Of a stretch of 64,000 nucleotides of DNA, positions 1 through 11,478 are shown piece by piece. The notes beneath the pieces are model-generated. The model was not told the origin of the DNA. It saw only the letters and a program-made list of their open reading frames with translations, and made no database searches. Numbering within the stretch: the stretch's first letter is position 1; each line of letters starts with the position of its first letter. Made by a program: the position numbers and the translations under genes. This DNA is from an uncultured Actinomycetes bacterium (GTDB lineage: Bacteria; Actinomycetota; UBA4738; HRBIN12): the NCBI GenBank assembly GCA_963826185.1, contig CAWGVY010000005.1, forward strand, positions 142,391 through 206,390, read 5' to 3'.

Positions 1-882
1 GAGCCGCACGGCCGAACCATCCACGGCAGCTGAGGTGATCGGCACCCCGGTCGGCCACGACCCCGCCGCGCGCAGCACGGTCGTGAGGTCGGCGAACGAC
101 ATCTCGACCTGCCACCGCGACAGGGGCGACGTACCGTCGTCGCGCTCCACGACCGGCCGCAGGTAGGGGAGAGGCGAGCTACCGAACACGTCCTCGTTGC
201 CGTACGTGCGGCCGTTCGAGGTCGAGAAGTAGACCGTGTCGGCCGGTCGCTCCCCGTAGATCAGCACCTGCCCGCGTGTATGGCGCACGGCCGCGTACCA
301 GCGGCGGAGACCCGCCGGGCGCGGCATCGGGATGCCGCCGTAGACCTGGCACTCGGACGTGCCGCAGATCGGGGTATCGAGCGGATCCCCATCTGCACCG
401 CTCCATCCGGTGCGCGAGAGGACGTAGCTCCGCGCCGCGATGGCCTGCGCCTCGAGTGCCGCCGCCGGCCACGTCGGCGGCACCTCCGCGATCCCTTCCA
501 GGTACTGCTGGAAAGTGAGCGTCACGGTCGCGGTCAGGGTGCCGTCGTCGGCCGTGCGGATCGATAGCGTTCCCGGGTAGCGCCCGTCGAGCATCGGCCG
601 CTCCGGATGGACGCAGCGCGACGGCTTCCACGGGTAGAAGCCCTGCACGCGGAAGGATCCGCCGCGGGGTGGCCGGATCGACACGTGCCCCGCCGTGAGC
701 GCGAACGGGCCGGCGCTTGGTGACGTCCTCAGTGTTGGCGTGACCGATGTCGTCGCAGAGACGTCGCTCGGTGAGGGTGCGGCGGACCCGTCGGATCCGG
801 CCGGCGCAGACGTGCATGCGCCCAGCAGGATCACGACGACGACCATCGCGGCCGGGAAACGGGGGAGCGGTTGACGAAGCAT
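1..882 (-). CDS. SpoIID/LytB-domain lipoprotein (C-terminus runs off the window start)
   Basis: Own minus-strand translation from ATG at 882: MLRQPLPRFPAAMVVVVILLGAC (lipobox), then AIAARSYVL and VYFSTSNGRTYGNEDVFGSSPLPYLRPV, typical of SpoIID/LytB domains. The frame stays open to nt 1. It is absent from the supplied ORF track because it has no stop inside the window. Confidence 0.75.
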   Translation of the reverse strand, partial: MLRQPLPRFPAAMVVVVILLGACTSAPAGSDGSAAPSPSDVSATTSVTPTLRTSPSAGPFALTAGHVSIRPPRGGSFRVQGFYPWKPSRCVHPERPMLDGRYPGTLSIRTADDGTLTATVTLTFQQYLEGIAEVPPTWPAAALEAQAIAARSYVLSRTGWSGADGDPLDTPICGTSECQVYGGIPMPRPAGLRRWYAAVRHTRGQVLIYGERPADTVYFSTSNGRTYGNEDVFGSSPLPYLRPVVERDDGTSPLSRWQVEMSFADLTTVLRAAGSWPTGVPITSAAVDGSAVRL

Positions 883-970
883 CCTTGGAGCCACAGTACG
901 TGGGATCGAGCCGAACCAGCGCCGGAGCGGATGAGCCTGCGCCCTGTGAGCGGGGCGTAGACTCCGCGCC

Positions 971-2031
971 GTGACGCTCGCCCGCACGAAGACACCCCTG
1001 CTGGTTCTCCTGACGGCCGTCCTGGTGACCGCCATGCTCCAGGTCGGACCGGTGGCTGCTGATGCGCGTACCCACGGCGTGGGCGGGTGCTTCCACCCGG
1101 ACGAGCCTCGCCGTTTCCACCGTCACCTGGTGCGGGCCATCAGGATCTCCCGTGATCTCCCCACGAGCTGGGCGGACTCGCCCTTCATCGCGAAGATCGT
1201 CTGCTGGCAGGGGACGGATTTCCAGACAGACTTCATCGACCACGGTCGGGCCTACTACGACTGGCACGGGATGTTCGCGATGACCACGCAGGAGGTCCAG
1301 ACGATCTTCGGGACGTGGATGACCGCCTCGCGGGACGCGTTCGTGCTCACCCCGAAGTGTTTCGTCCATGGATGGGACGGGTGTCCCCACCGCGCGGCGA
1401 ACGCCGCCGTGATGCAGCAGATCATCGCGGGCCTCCGATGGATCTGGCTGAACTACGGCACGCCCACGGCCGCCTGGGGTCACATCAAGCGGACCGGCCG
1501 CTTCAACTCCTACCCGAGGCCCGGGACCGACGACGAGCCCACCCGTACGCCCTTCCGACGCTGTCCGGTTGGGGGTGGCGTCCACTACCGGGACGGCTTC
1601 GGCGAGACCCGAACGGTCGGCGGCTACCACCCGCATTGGGGCACCGACGTCATCGCTCCACCCGGCCGGCCGATCCGTGCGCCCTTCGATGGGTTCGCCG
1701 TCACGCACAGCGACGATTGGTTCGCGGGACACTGGGTCACGGTGGTCGGCGAGCAGGGCTACGTCCGGAACGATCATCTGGGCCGCTTCGCCAAGCGAGG
1801 CTACGTCCACGCGGGCGACGTGATCGGCTACGTGGGCGCCACGGGTGACGCCCGCGGTCCCCACGATCACTTCGAATGGCACCCATGGTCGGTCCCGACG
1901 CCGCGCCATCGCTCACCGTTCGGGTTCAGCCTCATCATGGACGCGATCGATCCTTACCCGTTCCTCAACAAGGTGTGCGGCGCGCGAAGAGCGCCGCTCC
2001 CTCGAACAGCCGAGTGGTACCCCTTGGAGGG

Positions 2032-2035
<4 letters not shown>
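971..2035 (+). CDS. secreted M23/LytM-family metallopeptidase
   Basis: Track ORF 971..2035. Signal-like N-terminus MTLARTKTPLLVLLTAVLVTAMLQVGPVAADA. C-terminal M23 zinc motifs HPHWGTDV and GATGDARGPHDHFEWH. Confidence 0.85.
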
Positions 2036-3061
<1,026 letters not shown>

Positions 3062-3065
<4 letters not shown>

Positions 3066-4073
3066 CGCGCAGCCTCCCGATCGCCCGGCCGTTCGAACGA
3101 CGCGTCGTTCAGGTGGCAGGCAGCCTGGTGTCCCGCCGACCATCCAGCAGCGCGGGCGTCTGCACCGCGCAGGGCTCGAACGCGTGGTCGCACCGCGGCT
3201 CGAACGGACACCCATCGATCGGCCGGTCCAGGCGCGGGCGGCGCGCCAGGGATCGACTGACGCCTCGCCGGCCGAGATGTCGGGCGTGGCCGCGAACAGC
3301 AGCCGCGTGTAGGGATGGCGAGGGTCGTGAAAGAGCGGGTCGACCGCGCCGGACTCCGCGACGCGCCCCGCGTACATGACGATGGCGCGCTCGCAGACCT
3401 GCGTGACGAGGGGCAGGTCGTGGGTGACCAGGACGAGCGCCAGGCCCAGGTCCTGCGTGAGCGTTCTCCAGCAGCTGGAGGATCTGCGCCTGCACCATCA
3501 CGTCGAGCGCCGTGGTGGGCTCGTCGGCCAGCAGCACCTTCGGGTTGCAGGCGAGCGCCATCGCGATGGCCGCGCGCTGACGCATGCCACCGGAGAACTC
3601 GTGCGGGTACCGCTTGGCCGCCGACGCGGGCAGACCCACCAACTCGAGCAGCTCGCCGGCCTCGCTTGTCCGCCTCGGCGCCTGAGGCAGGTGTCGTGGA
3701 ACCGCATCGGCTCCACGATCTGCGACCCCACCGTCTTCACGGGGTTCAGCGCGTTCATCGCGCCCTGGAACACCATGGCGACGTCGGTCCACCGATGGGG
3801 TCGCATCGCGTCCTCGCCGCCGGGCAGGAGCTCCTCGCCGTTCACCGTCACGCTGCCGGCCACCTCGGCGTTGGGCGGCAGCAGTCCCATCAGGGCGAGC
3901 AGCGCCGTGGTCTTGCCGCAGCCCGACTCGCCGACGAGCCCCAGTCGCTCGCCCTCGTTCGACCGCGAACGCCACGCCCTGCACGGCGTGCAGCCGTCCA
4001 CCGTGCGGCAGGTCGAACCACACGTGCAGGTCCGCGCGCCTCGAGCAGGCTCAGCGGGGCCGTCCTCGACCAC
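3062..4073 (-). pseudogene. Opp/Dpp-type ABC ATPase (OppD-like), multiply frameshifted
   Basis: Pieces lie in track ORFs 3890..4549, 3109..4023, 3498..4619 and 2655..3377: [96 protein letters not shown]. At least 7 frame switches. Proposed GTG start at 4073. The TGA at 3062..3064 overlaps the oppF-like ATG. Confidence 0.65.
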
Positions 4074-5012
4074 GTCCGCGATGCCCGGAACCGCCAGCTC
4101 TTGATCGACAGGTGCGCCACTCGCAGCCGCGGGTTCAGCGCGTCCTCGATGGCCTGGCCCATCAGGTAGCAGCCGATCACGACGAACCCGATCGCGAGAC
4201 CCGGCGGGACGAACGCCCACCACGCGCCCTGCGTCATGGCGGTGCGCTCGAAGGCGCGCTCGAGCATCGTGCCCCACGAGACGCCGGGCACGCCCACGCC
4301 CAGGAACGCCAGCGCCGACTCGTCGAAGATCGCGTACGCGATCGTGAGCACGGTGGTCGCGATCAGCAGCGGGGCGACCTGCGGCAGGATGTGCTGGACG
4401 ACGATGCGACGGTGACTCGCCCCCAGGGATCGCGCGCGCCGCACGTACACGCGCTCGCGGATGCTCTTCACCTGCGCGCGAACGATGCGCGCGGTCGCGG
4501 TCCACAGCAGGAGGCCGATCACCAGGATCACGTGCAGAGAGGCTCGCACCGAACACGGTGGCGACCACGATCATCAGCACGAGGTCGGGGATCACCAGGA
4601 AGTAGTCGGTGATGCGCATGAGCGCGACGTCGGTCGCCCCGCCCGCGTAGCCGGCCAGCGATCCCGATGCCGCCGCCCACGATCATCGCCACGAACGCCG
4701 CCGCGAACCCCACGATCAGGGAGGTCCGCCCGCCGTAGAGCATCTCGCTCAGCACGTCGACGCCGCTGTCGTCGGTGCCCAGCCAGTGCTGCGACGACGG
4801 CGGCGCGTAGACGGGACCGGACTGCTGCGTGGGCGAGTACGGGGCCAGGGCCGGCCCGAACACGGCCATGACGACGAAGAACAGCACGATGACCAGCCCG
4901 ACGAGCGCGGAGCGGCCGTTCCTTGAGGACCTGGACCACCTGGTTGCCGCCGGCGGACGGGCGTGCCTCCAGCGCGGTGCCCTCGGCGAGCGCGGGCTCG
5001 ACGCGTCTTCAT
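4074..5012 (-). pseudogene. Opp/Dpp-type ABC permease (OppC-like), multiply frameshifted
   Basis: ATG at 5012 overlaps the oppB-like stop (ATGA). Pieces: NGRSALVGLVIVLFFVVMAVFGPALAPY, WLGTDDSGVDVLSEMLYGGRTSL, MRITDYFLVIPDLVL, ARIVRAQVKSIRERVYVRRARSLGAS, EDALNPRLR. Switches lie near 5000, 4925, 4660 and 4545. The 3' boundary is uncertain because no in-frame stop follows PRLR. Confidence 0.6.
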
Positions 5013-5982
5013 TCCGCGATCCTCGGGTCCAGCTTGAAGTAGATGAGGTCGGCGATGAAGTTGAAGAACACCACCGACAGGGTGAGGACCAGGAACGCGC
5101 CCTGCAGCATGGGGTAGTCGCGGTTAGAGACCGCCGAGTACACCAGCTGGCCGATCCCCGGCCACGAGAACACGATCTCCACCAGGATGGCGCCCGCCAC
5201 GATGAACCCCAGCGACAGGGCCACGAGCGTGGCGATCGGCAGCATCGCGTTGCGCAGCGCGTGAGCCACGACGATCCGCCGCTGGGGGAGCCCCTTCGCG
5301 CGCGCGGTCAGCACGTAGTCCTCGCCGAGCGTCTCGAGCATCGACGAGCGCACGACCAACGTGTACTCACCGAAGAGCGTCAGCGCTAGGTCAGCGCCGG
5401 CAGCACCATGTGCAGTCCGATGTCCTTGATGTTGGACCAGGCGCTGCGTCGGAGAAGTAGTGTTGAGCTCGTTGCGCATGCCCGCGGTGGGCAGGTACTT
5501 CCGAACAGGAGGATCAGCATCATCCCGATGAACTGGGTCGGCAAGCGCGTAGAAGACGATGGCCGAGTTCGTGCTGACACGGTCCACGGCGCCGCTGCGG
5601 CGCCACGCCGAGAGGAAACCGGTGATGATCCCGATCGACGATGGAGCGAACGTGCCGACGAACACCATCGGGATCGTGTTCTTCAGCTTGCGGCCAGCGT
5701 GTCGATGTCACGGGCTGCGAGTCGGTGAACGACACGCCCATGTTGCGCGTGGAAGACGAGCTCCTTGAGGTAGAGCGCGTACTGCTCCACAGCGGCTTGT
5801 CCAGCCCGAACTCGTGCGTGAGCTCGGCGCGGAGCTCCGGCGAGACGTGGGGCGGCGCGGATGAAGCCCGACACCGCGTTACCGGGGAGCGCATGGAACA
5901 GGAGGAAGTTCACGGTGATGGCCACGAACACCGTCATGATCGCGAACGCGAGCCGCTTGATGACGTAGTCCGCTCGATGCAT
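5009..5982 (-). pseudogene. Opp/Dpp-type ABC permease (OppB-like), multiply frameshifted
   Basis: ATG at 5982 is preceded by GAGGAGGAG. Pieces: MHRADYVIKRLAFAIMTVFVAITVNFLLFHALPGN, ELRAELTHEFGLDKPLW, NMGVSFTDSQPV, LKNTIPMVFVGTF, YVLTARAKGLPQRRIVVAHALRNAMLP, FKLDPRIAE. The reading path alternates among all three frames at least 8 times. Confidence 0.65.
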
Positions 5983-6010
5983 GCGGCTCCTCCTCGGATC
6001 CCGCGCGGCC

Positions 6011-7670
6011 TCAGGCCTGGTGGATCGGCTGAACGGAGCCTTCGAGAGGTTGTTGAACAGGCCCAGCACGGACTCGTGGTCGTCGAACCCGACCCAGTCG
6101 TTGGACCACGCGTCGATCACCTGGTTGTAGTTCAGGATGATGTAGGGCCGTTCGTCGAACGCGATCTGTTGCATCTGGTGCACGATCTCCAGACGCTTGG
6201 CCGGCTCGATCGCGAGGCCCTGTGCCAGATAGAGCTTGTCGTACGTGGGATCGTCGAAACCCGAGTCGCTCCAGCCACCCCACTGGGCCTTCGTCAGCAC
6301 GGACAGGATGAAGTCCGGGTCGATCAGCGGGAACCAGTCCCACATCGCCAGGTCGAACTGGTTGTAGGTGTTGTCGTCGCCCAGGATCGCGGTTGCACGG
6401 CGTCGTTGTCCATCTTCCGCTGCGTGATCTGGATGCCGATCTTCTCGAACCCGTTCTGGATGATCCGGAACGCCGCGTCGCCCGCGCCCGTCTCGTCGCT
6501 CGCGAACAGGACCGTGTAGCTCATGGGATGGCCGTTCGCGACACGGATGCTGTCAGCACCCTTCGGCGTACCCGGCCTGATCCAGGAGCGCGTTGGCCTT
6601 GTCGATGTCGAACGGCAGTCCCTGGATCTGCGAGTCGTGCCAATCGCCGGTGGCGGGGGCGACGATGGTCGATCCCGGCTCGGCGTAGCCGAGCCACGCC
6701 GTCTTCACGATGGCGTCCCGATCGATCGCGTACTCCATCGCCTGCGGACCTTCGGGTCCAGGAGCTCGAGGTTCTCCGTCTTCTCCGGGCTCGAGTTGAT
6801 GATGAAGTCGCGCAGCGTGATGCCCGGGCCGTTGTACACCGTGAGCGACGCGTCGCCCTTCAACGCTCGACTGCGGTGACCGGGACGTTGATGGCCGCCT
6901 GGATCTGCCCGTTCTGCAGGGCCGCCACCATGGAGTCGTCGTTGGAGAAGTACTGGAGCCCGAACCCGTCCATCGCCGGCTTGGGTCCGTAGAAGTTCGG
7001 GTTCCGCTGGAAGATCACCACCTGGTCCTTCTCGTACTTGGCCAGCTCGAACGGACCGCCGCTCACCAGGGGTTGGTCGGTCGGCTCGTTCGGGAACTGC
7101 CGGAGCGCCTTCCCGTCGCCGACCGCGTACGGCTGCCACACATGCTGGGGGAGGATCGAGATCTGCTGCAGGTTCGACAGGACGTTGGCAACCGGCGCCG
7201 AGTAGGTGAGGACGAGGGTGTCGTCGTCTGTGGCCTTCGCATCCGTCATGTGGGTGAGGCCGCCCGACAGGTTGGCAGCCGGCCCGTCGCCGATACTTGA
7301 GGATCGTGCCGAAGGTGAAGGCGGCATCTTTGGCCGTGAGGGGTTGTCCGTCCGACCATTCCGCGCCCGGCTCGGTATGGAAGGTCCACGTGAGCTCGTC
7401 CGCGGAGGTCTCCCACTCCTGGGCGAAGTCAGGGACGAACTCGAAGGTCTTCTCGTCGTACTGGACGAGCTGCGGGTAGATGTACTCGAAGGTCGAGTAG
7501 GAGTTCTGCTGGAAGGTGACGAAGGGGTTCAACGTATCGATGTTGGACAGCGTGCCCAGGATCAGGTGTCCGCCGGTATCGGCGTTGCTCTGGTCGCCGC
7601 CGCCGGTGCATCCCGACGCCACGATGGCCGCCACTGCGATCAGAGCCGCGAACCTCTTCGACATCCGCAT
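6011..7670 (-). pseudogene. family-5 peptide/nickel solute-binding lipoprotein (OppA/DppA-like), multiply frameshifted
   Basis: ATG at 7670 follows GGGGAGGGG. Lipoprotein signal MRMSKRFAALIAVAAIVASGC. SBP-5 pieces sit in track ORFs 6705..8021, 6860..7327, 6553..6738, 6324..6524, 5683..6345 and 6011..6343. Switches lie near 7300, 6865, 6740, 6555, 6395 and 6040. Confidence 0.65.
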
Positions 7671-7776
7671 CTGCCCCTCCCCGAGCCCACCCGAGAGCCC
7701 ACCCCAACCGCAGCGAAACGGCATCGTGGCAGGACCCGCCTGAGATGTCGAGACAGGCCGCTTCAGCGGAGCGCGA

Positions 7777-8715
7777 TCAGGGGAAGTCGATCGTCCGCCC
7801 GATCCCACGCTCGCGGGCTCGGTCGAAGCAGAGACCGCCGAGCGCCACGTCGTCCATCGCGATCCCCATGTTGAGGAACATCCGTCGTCCTTTCGACGGC
7901 ACGGCCAGCCCCCCGGCAACCACCTGCGCGAGCTCGCCGTCAGGCTCCCGGAACCCCTCGAAATGCAGGTCCGCCACCGACGCGTACTGCCCGGGATCAT
8001 CCACCACGTACAGCGCGGCACCGTTCGCGGCCTGCGCCGCCATCCCGTCGTCGTAGTCCACGGGGAGCAGCACCGCGTCGGGATCGGTGTTGGCCGCGGT
8101 GAGGTGAGGATCGAGCGTGACGGTCACGGCGGTCACGACGAGGTCGGCACCTTCGACAGCCTCCTCGGCGCTGCCGGCTAGGACGCCCTTCCGATCCCCG
8201 GCCAGGGCGAGCAACGCCTCGGACGCCTCCTCGCGAGCGTCGTAGACGCGCACCTCTTCGATCCCCGGGCGCAACTCGAGCAGCAGCTCCAGGTGTCGCC
8301 TTCCCTGCACGCCGGCACCCACGATCGCGAGGCGCCGCGGCTGGTCGGGAACGTGACGGAGCACCACACCCGACGCGCCGGCCGTCCGCATCTCGGTGAT
8401 CCAGCCGCCGTCGATCAACGCCTGCGGACGCCCGGTCTCGGCGTCGGTCAGCAGGAAGACGCCGTAGATGTAGGGCAGTCCCTTCGCGCGGTTGCCTTCG
8501 AACCCGGCAACCCACTTGATCCCCACGCGATCCGAGCCACCCAGGTATGCAGGCATCGCGTTGATGAAGGCGTCGGAACGTGGATGCACCGCGGGCTTCG
8601 GCGGGTTCTGCACCAAACCTTTCGACTTCTGGAGGAACGCGTCGTCGAGCACGTCGACCACATCGGTCCACGTGATCCCCAGATCCTGCAGCTCCTCTCG
8701 TCCAAGGACGAGCAT
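7777..8715 (-). CDS. ornithine cyclodeaminase / mu-crystallin family protein
   Basis: Intact 312-aa ORF with Rossmann motif IVGAGVQGRRH and overall OCD/mu-crystallin-like sequence (GIKWVAGF...ITEMRTAGASG). Confidence 0.8.
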   Translation of the reverse strand: MLVLGREELQDLGITWTDVVDVLDDAFLQKSKGLVQNPPKPAVHPRSDAFINAMPAYLGGSDRVGIKWVAGFEGNRAKGLPYIYGVFLLTDAETGRPQALIDGGWITEMRTAGASGVVLRHVPDQPRRLAIVGAGVQGRRHLELLLELRPGIEEVRVYDAREEASEALLALAGDRKGVLAGSAEEAVEGADLVVTAVTVTLDPHLTAANTDPDAVLLPVDYDDGMAAQAANGAALYVVDDPGQYASVADLHFEGFREPDGELAQVVAGGLAVPSKGRRMFLNMGIAMDDVALGGLCFDRARERGIGRTIDFP

Positions 8716-8718
8716 CGC

Positions 8719-9099
8719 TTACTTGTGGGTCGTGACGGTCTTGCTCGTGTCTGCCTTGCAGTCCGGGGTCTTGCCGACGCGCGCGTAGAACTTGCCGGAC
8801 ACGCCGGTGTTCCCCGTGTTCCACTCCGCACGATCGCCCGACAGGGACGCCGTGTCGCTGGCGATCTTGTCATCGACCTTCGGATCCTGCTCCGCACCCA
8901 TCTGCTTGTAGACGACGACCTTGCGTCCCTCGGCACACTTCAGCGGCCTTGGACTCGACACGAACCCCGAGAAGTCGCCGGAGATCGCCTTGATCGTGAC
9001 CTTGGTCTCCGCCGGTGCTCGGGCGATCGCGGCGCCGGCGAATGCCACGGCGCCGAACACGGCGAGTACGACGACAGCGGTGAGCGTTCTAGCTCTCAT
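8719..9099 (-). CDS. small secreted hypothetical protein
   Basis: 126-aa ORF with signal peptide MRARTLTAVVVLAVFGAVAFAGAAIARA. Its stop lies 3 nt upstream of the OCD start, so the two are likely co-transcribed. No recognisable domain. Confidence 0.55.
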   Translation of the reverse strand: MRARTLTAVVVLAVFGAVAFAGAAIARAPAETKVTIKAISGDFSGFVSSPRPLKCAEGRKVVVYKQMGAEQDPKVDDKIASDTASLSGDRAEWNTGNTGVSGKFYARVGKTPDCKADTSKTVTTHK

Positions 9100-9214
9100 G
9101 GGTCCGTCCCTCCCTCAGGTGCTGGCTCGGGTGATTCCCAACGGGGGGCACCTGGAGGGGTGAGTCTGCCCTGGTTGGTGGGAGCGGTCAAACCGACTCC
9201 CGGTATCGGCCGAG

Positions 9215-9580
9215 CTAGCAGATCAGGTCCTCGATCTTGGCGGCGAGCTCGTCGGGGAAGAACGGCTTGGCGACGAACTCGTTCGCCCCCAGGGTCGCGC
9301 AACGCGCGCGCTCGGCCTGACCGGTCCTCGCCGAGAGGACCAGCACGGGGACGTCGCTCGTCCGCTCGTCCTCGCGCAGCCGCCTGAGGACCTCGAAGCC
9401 ATCCATCCCGGGCATCATCAGATCCAGGACGACGGCGTCAGGGGTGTCGGCCAACGCGGCCTCGAGCCCGGCCTGGCCGGACTCCGCCTCCTGGACCTCC
9501 ATGCCGGCCTGTCCCAGGTTCACGCGGCACAGCAGGAGGATGTCGGGCTCGTCGTCGATCACCAATACCTTGCTATCCAT
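9215..9580 (-). CDS. single-domain response regulator (CheY-like receiver)
   Basis: MDSKVLVIDDEPD, DLMMPGMDG, VLVLSA and AKPF receiver motifs. Start moved to the ATG at 9580 (M10 of track ORF 9215..9607). Confidence 0.85.
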   Translation of the reverse strand: MDSKVLVIDDEPDILLLCRVNLGQAGMEVQEAESGQAGLEAALADTPDAVVLDLMMPGMDGFEVLRRLREDERTSDVPVLVLSARTGQAERARCATLGANEFVAKPFFPDELAAKIEDLIC

Positions 9581-9706
9581 GTCCCACCATCCCCATTCCT
9601 TGCCCATGGTTTCGGCCTACAGCGAACGTGGCCGCATAGCCAGAAGGGATGGTCTTGGGCTGGTCACGACGACCCATGAACGGCCGAAGCTCCCGTGAAC
9701 CGAAGT

Positions 9707-11358
9707 ATGGTGGCGCGGGCGACGATGACCGCGAACGACGCGCTCGCACGAGGACGGGAGTCCTTCCGGCAAGAAGCGTGGAAGGGCGCCTATGAACGGC
9801 TGTCGGCCGCCCAACGGGACGGCTCGCTCACGCCCGAGGACCTCGAGCATCTCGCGGCGTCCGCGTACCTGGTGGGCGAGGATGCCGACAGCACCGATGC
9901 CTGGGCGCGGGCGCATCGGGAGCGGCTGGCGCAAGGGGAGATCCAGGGGCAGCACGCTGCGCCTTCTGGTTGGCGTTCCAGCTGTCGAACGCCGGAGAGT
10001 TCGCCACCGCAGGCGGATGGCTCGCTCGAGCGAAGCGCTTGCTCGACAAGGGACCGCGGGATTGCGTCGAGCGAGGCTATCTCCTCGTGCCCGACGCGCT
10101 ACAGCGTCTGGAGGAGGGCGACGCCGCGGCCGCGGCGACCACCTTCAGCGAGGCGGCCGACATCGGGGAACGCCTCGGCGACGTCGACCTGGTCAGTCTC
10201 GGACGTCTCGGACTCGGACAGGCGCTGATCCGACTCGGGGAGACCGTCGAGGGCGCTACCCTGCTGGACGAGGTGATGGTCGCGGTGACGAACGGCGAGC
10301 CGTCTGCGATCGTCGCCGGAGTCATCTACTGCGCGGTGATCGAGGCCTGCCAAGAGATGTTCGACATCCGCCGTGCACAGCAGTGGACCGAGGCGCTCAG
10401 CCATTGGTGCGGATCCCACCCCGACCTGGTTCCATACCGCGGCCAGTGCTTGGTCCACCGCTCCGAGATCTTCCGTTTCCACGGGGACTGGTCCGATGCC
10501 CTGGTCGAGGCACAGCACGCGTGCGAACGTCTCTCCGACCCGCCCGGCCAGCCTGCCTTCGGCGCAGCCGCGTATCAACTGGCCGAGCTCCACAGGCTGG
10601 TCGGCGACTTCCCAGATGCGGAGGACGGTTACCGGCGAGCGCACGAACTCGGGAAAGCCGTACACCCCGGCCTCGCTCTCCTTCGTCTGGCGCAGGGTCG
10701 GGTGGAGGCGGCCGACGCGGCGATCCGCGGCGCGATCGACGACGCTCGGGAGCCCCTGGCCAGAGGCTCGTTGCTCCCCGCGGCCGTCGAGATCCTGCTG
10801 GCGACCGACGATCGCGACGCGGCGCGCGCTGCCGCCATCGAGCTGGGGGAGATCGCCGTCGACCTGGGCGCGCCGCTCCTGATCGCGCTCTCCCACCACG
10901 CCTCCGGTACCGTCGCGTTCGCCGAAGGTGACACCGGGTCGGCCCTCCGTTCGGTGCGTCTCGCTGCCGTCGCCCTGCACGGGTTGGATGCGCCGTACGA
11001 GGCCGCGCGCGCGGGGGTGGCGACGGCTGTCGCCAGCCGAGCGCTGGGCGACGAAGACGGCGCGGAGATGGAGCTGGATGCCGCGCGAAGGATCTTCCAG
11101 CGACTCGGTGCGGCGCCGGATCTGGCTCGCGTGAACCAACTCTCCGGGAGGCGGACGAGGGACGCGGGAGGACTGACGGGCCGCGAGGTGGAGGTGCTGG
11201 GCCTGGTGGCCACCGGCAAGACGAACCGGGCGATCGCCGAGGAGCTCGTGATCAGCGAGAAGACCGTCGCCCGCCACCTCAGCAACATCTTCACGAAGCT
11301 GGGCCTCTCGTCTCGCTCAGAGGCCACGGCCTACGCGTTCCAACACGATCTGGTCTGA
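9707..11358 (+). pseudogene. TPR/LuxR-family transcriptional regulator with a single -1 frameshift
   Basis: The N-terminal 80 aa are in track ORF 9695..10228 (RGRESFRQEAWKGAYERL...RERLAQGEIQG) and the rest in ORF 9970..11358. The C-terminal LuxR HTH is LTGREVEVLGLVATGKTNRAIAEELVISEKTVARHLSNIFTKLG. The junction sits at the G-run 9946..9949. Confidence 0.75.
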
Positions 11359-11478
11359 GCACCTCTACGCGGTTCCACCCATCTAGGCACATCCCAGTTT
11401 GGGTATTCCTCCCGACGCCACGCCTCCGACGACCCCCTAGCGTGCGAGACAGGAGCCCGCCGGAGAACGGAGGATCTG

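Noticed and set aside
179-1909. 576-aa minus-strand ORF, the longest in the first 2 kb
   Set aside because: It has Arg/Gly/Pro-rich, low-information sequence typical of off-frame ORFs in GC-rich DNA. It overlaps two genes with real domain signatures: SpoIID on the same strand in another frame, and M23 on the opposite strand.
4074-4130. Natural OppC-OppD fusion protein, since no stop follows the PRLR permease tail
   Set aside because: A GTG-initiated, canonical OppD N-terminus can be rebuilt right there. The lack of a stop is more simply explained by another nearby indel in a region already full of them. The exact oppC 3' end remains unresolved.
3498-4619. 373-aa ORF that could be taken as one fused permease-ATPase gene
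   Set aside because: Only two islands of it make sense: MRITDYFLVIPDLVL from OppC and [15 protein letters not shown]...RFHD from OppD. The rest is Arg-rich nonsense. It is a chance concatenation of out-of-frame stretches across the oppC/oppD junction.
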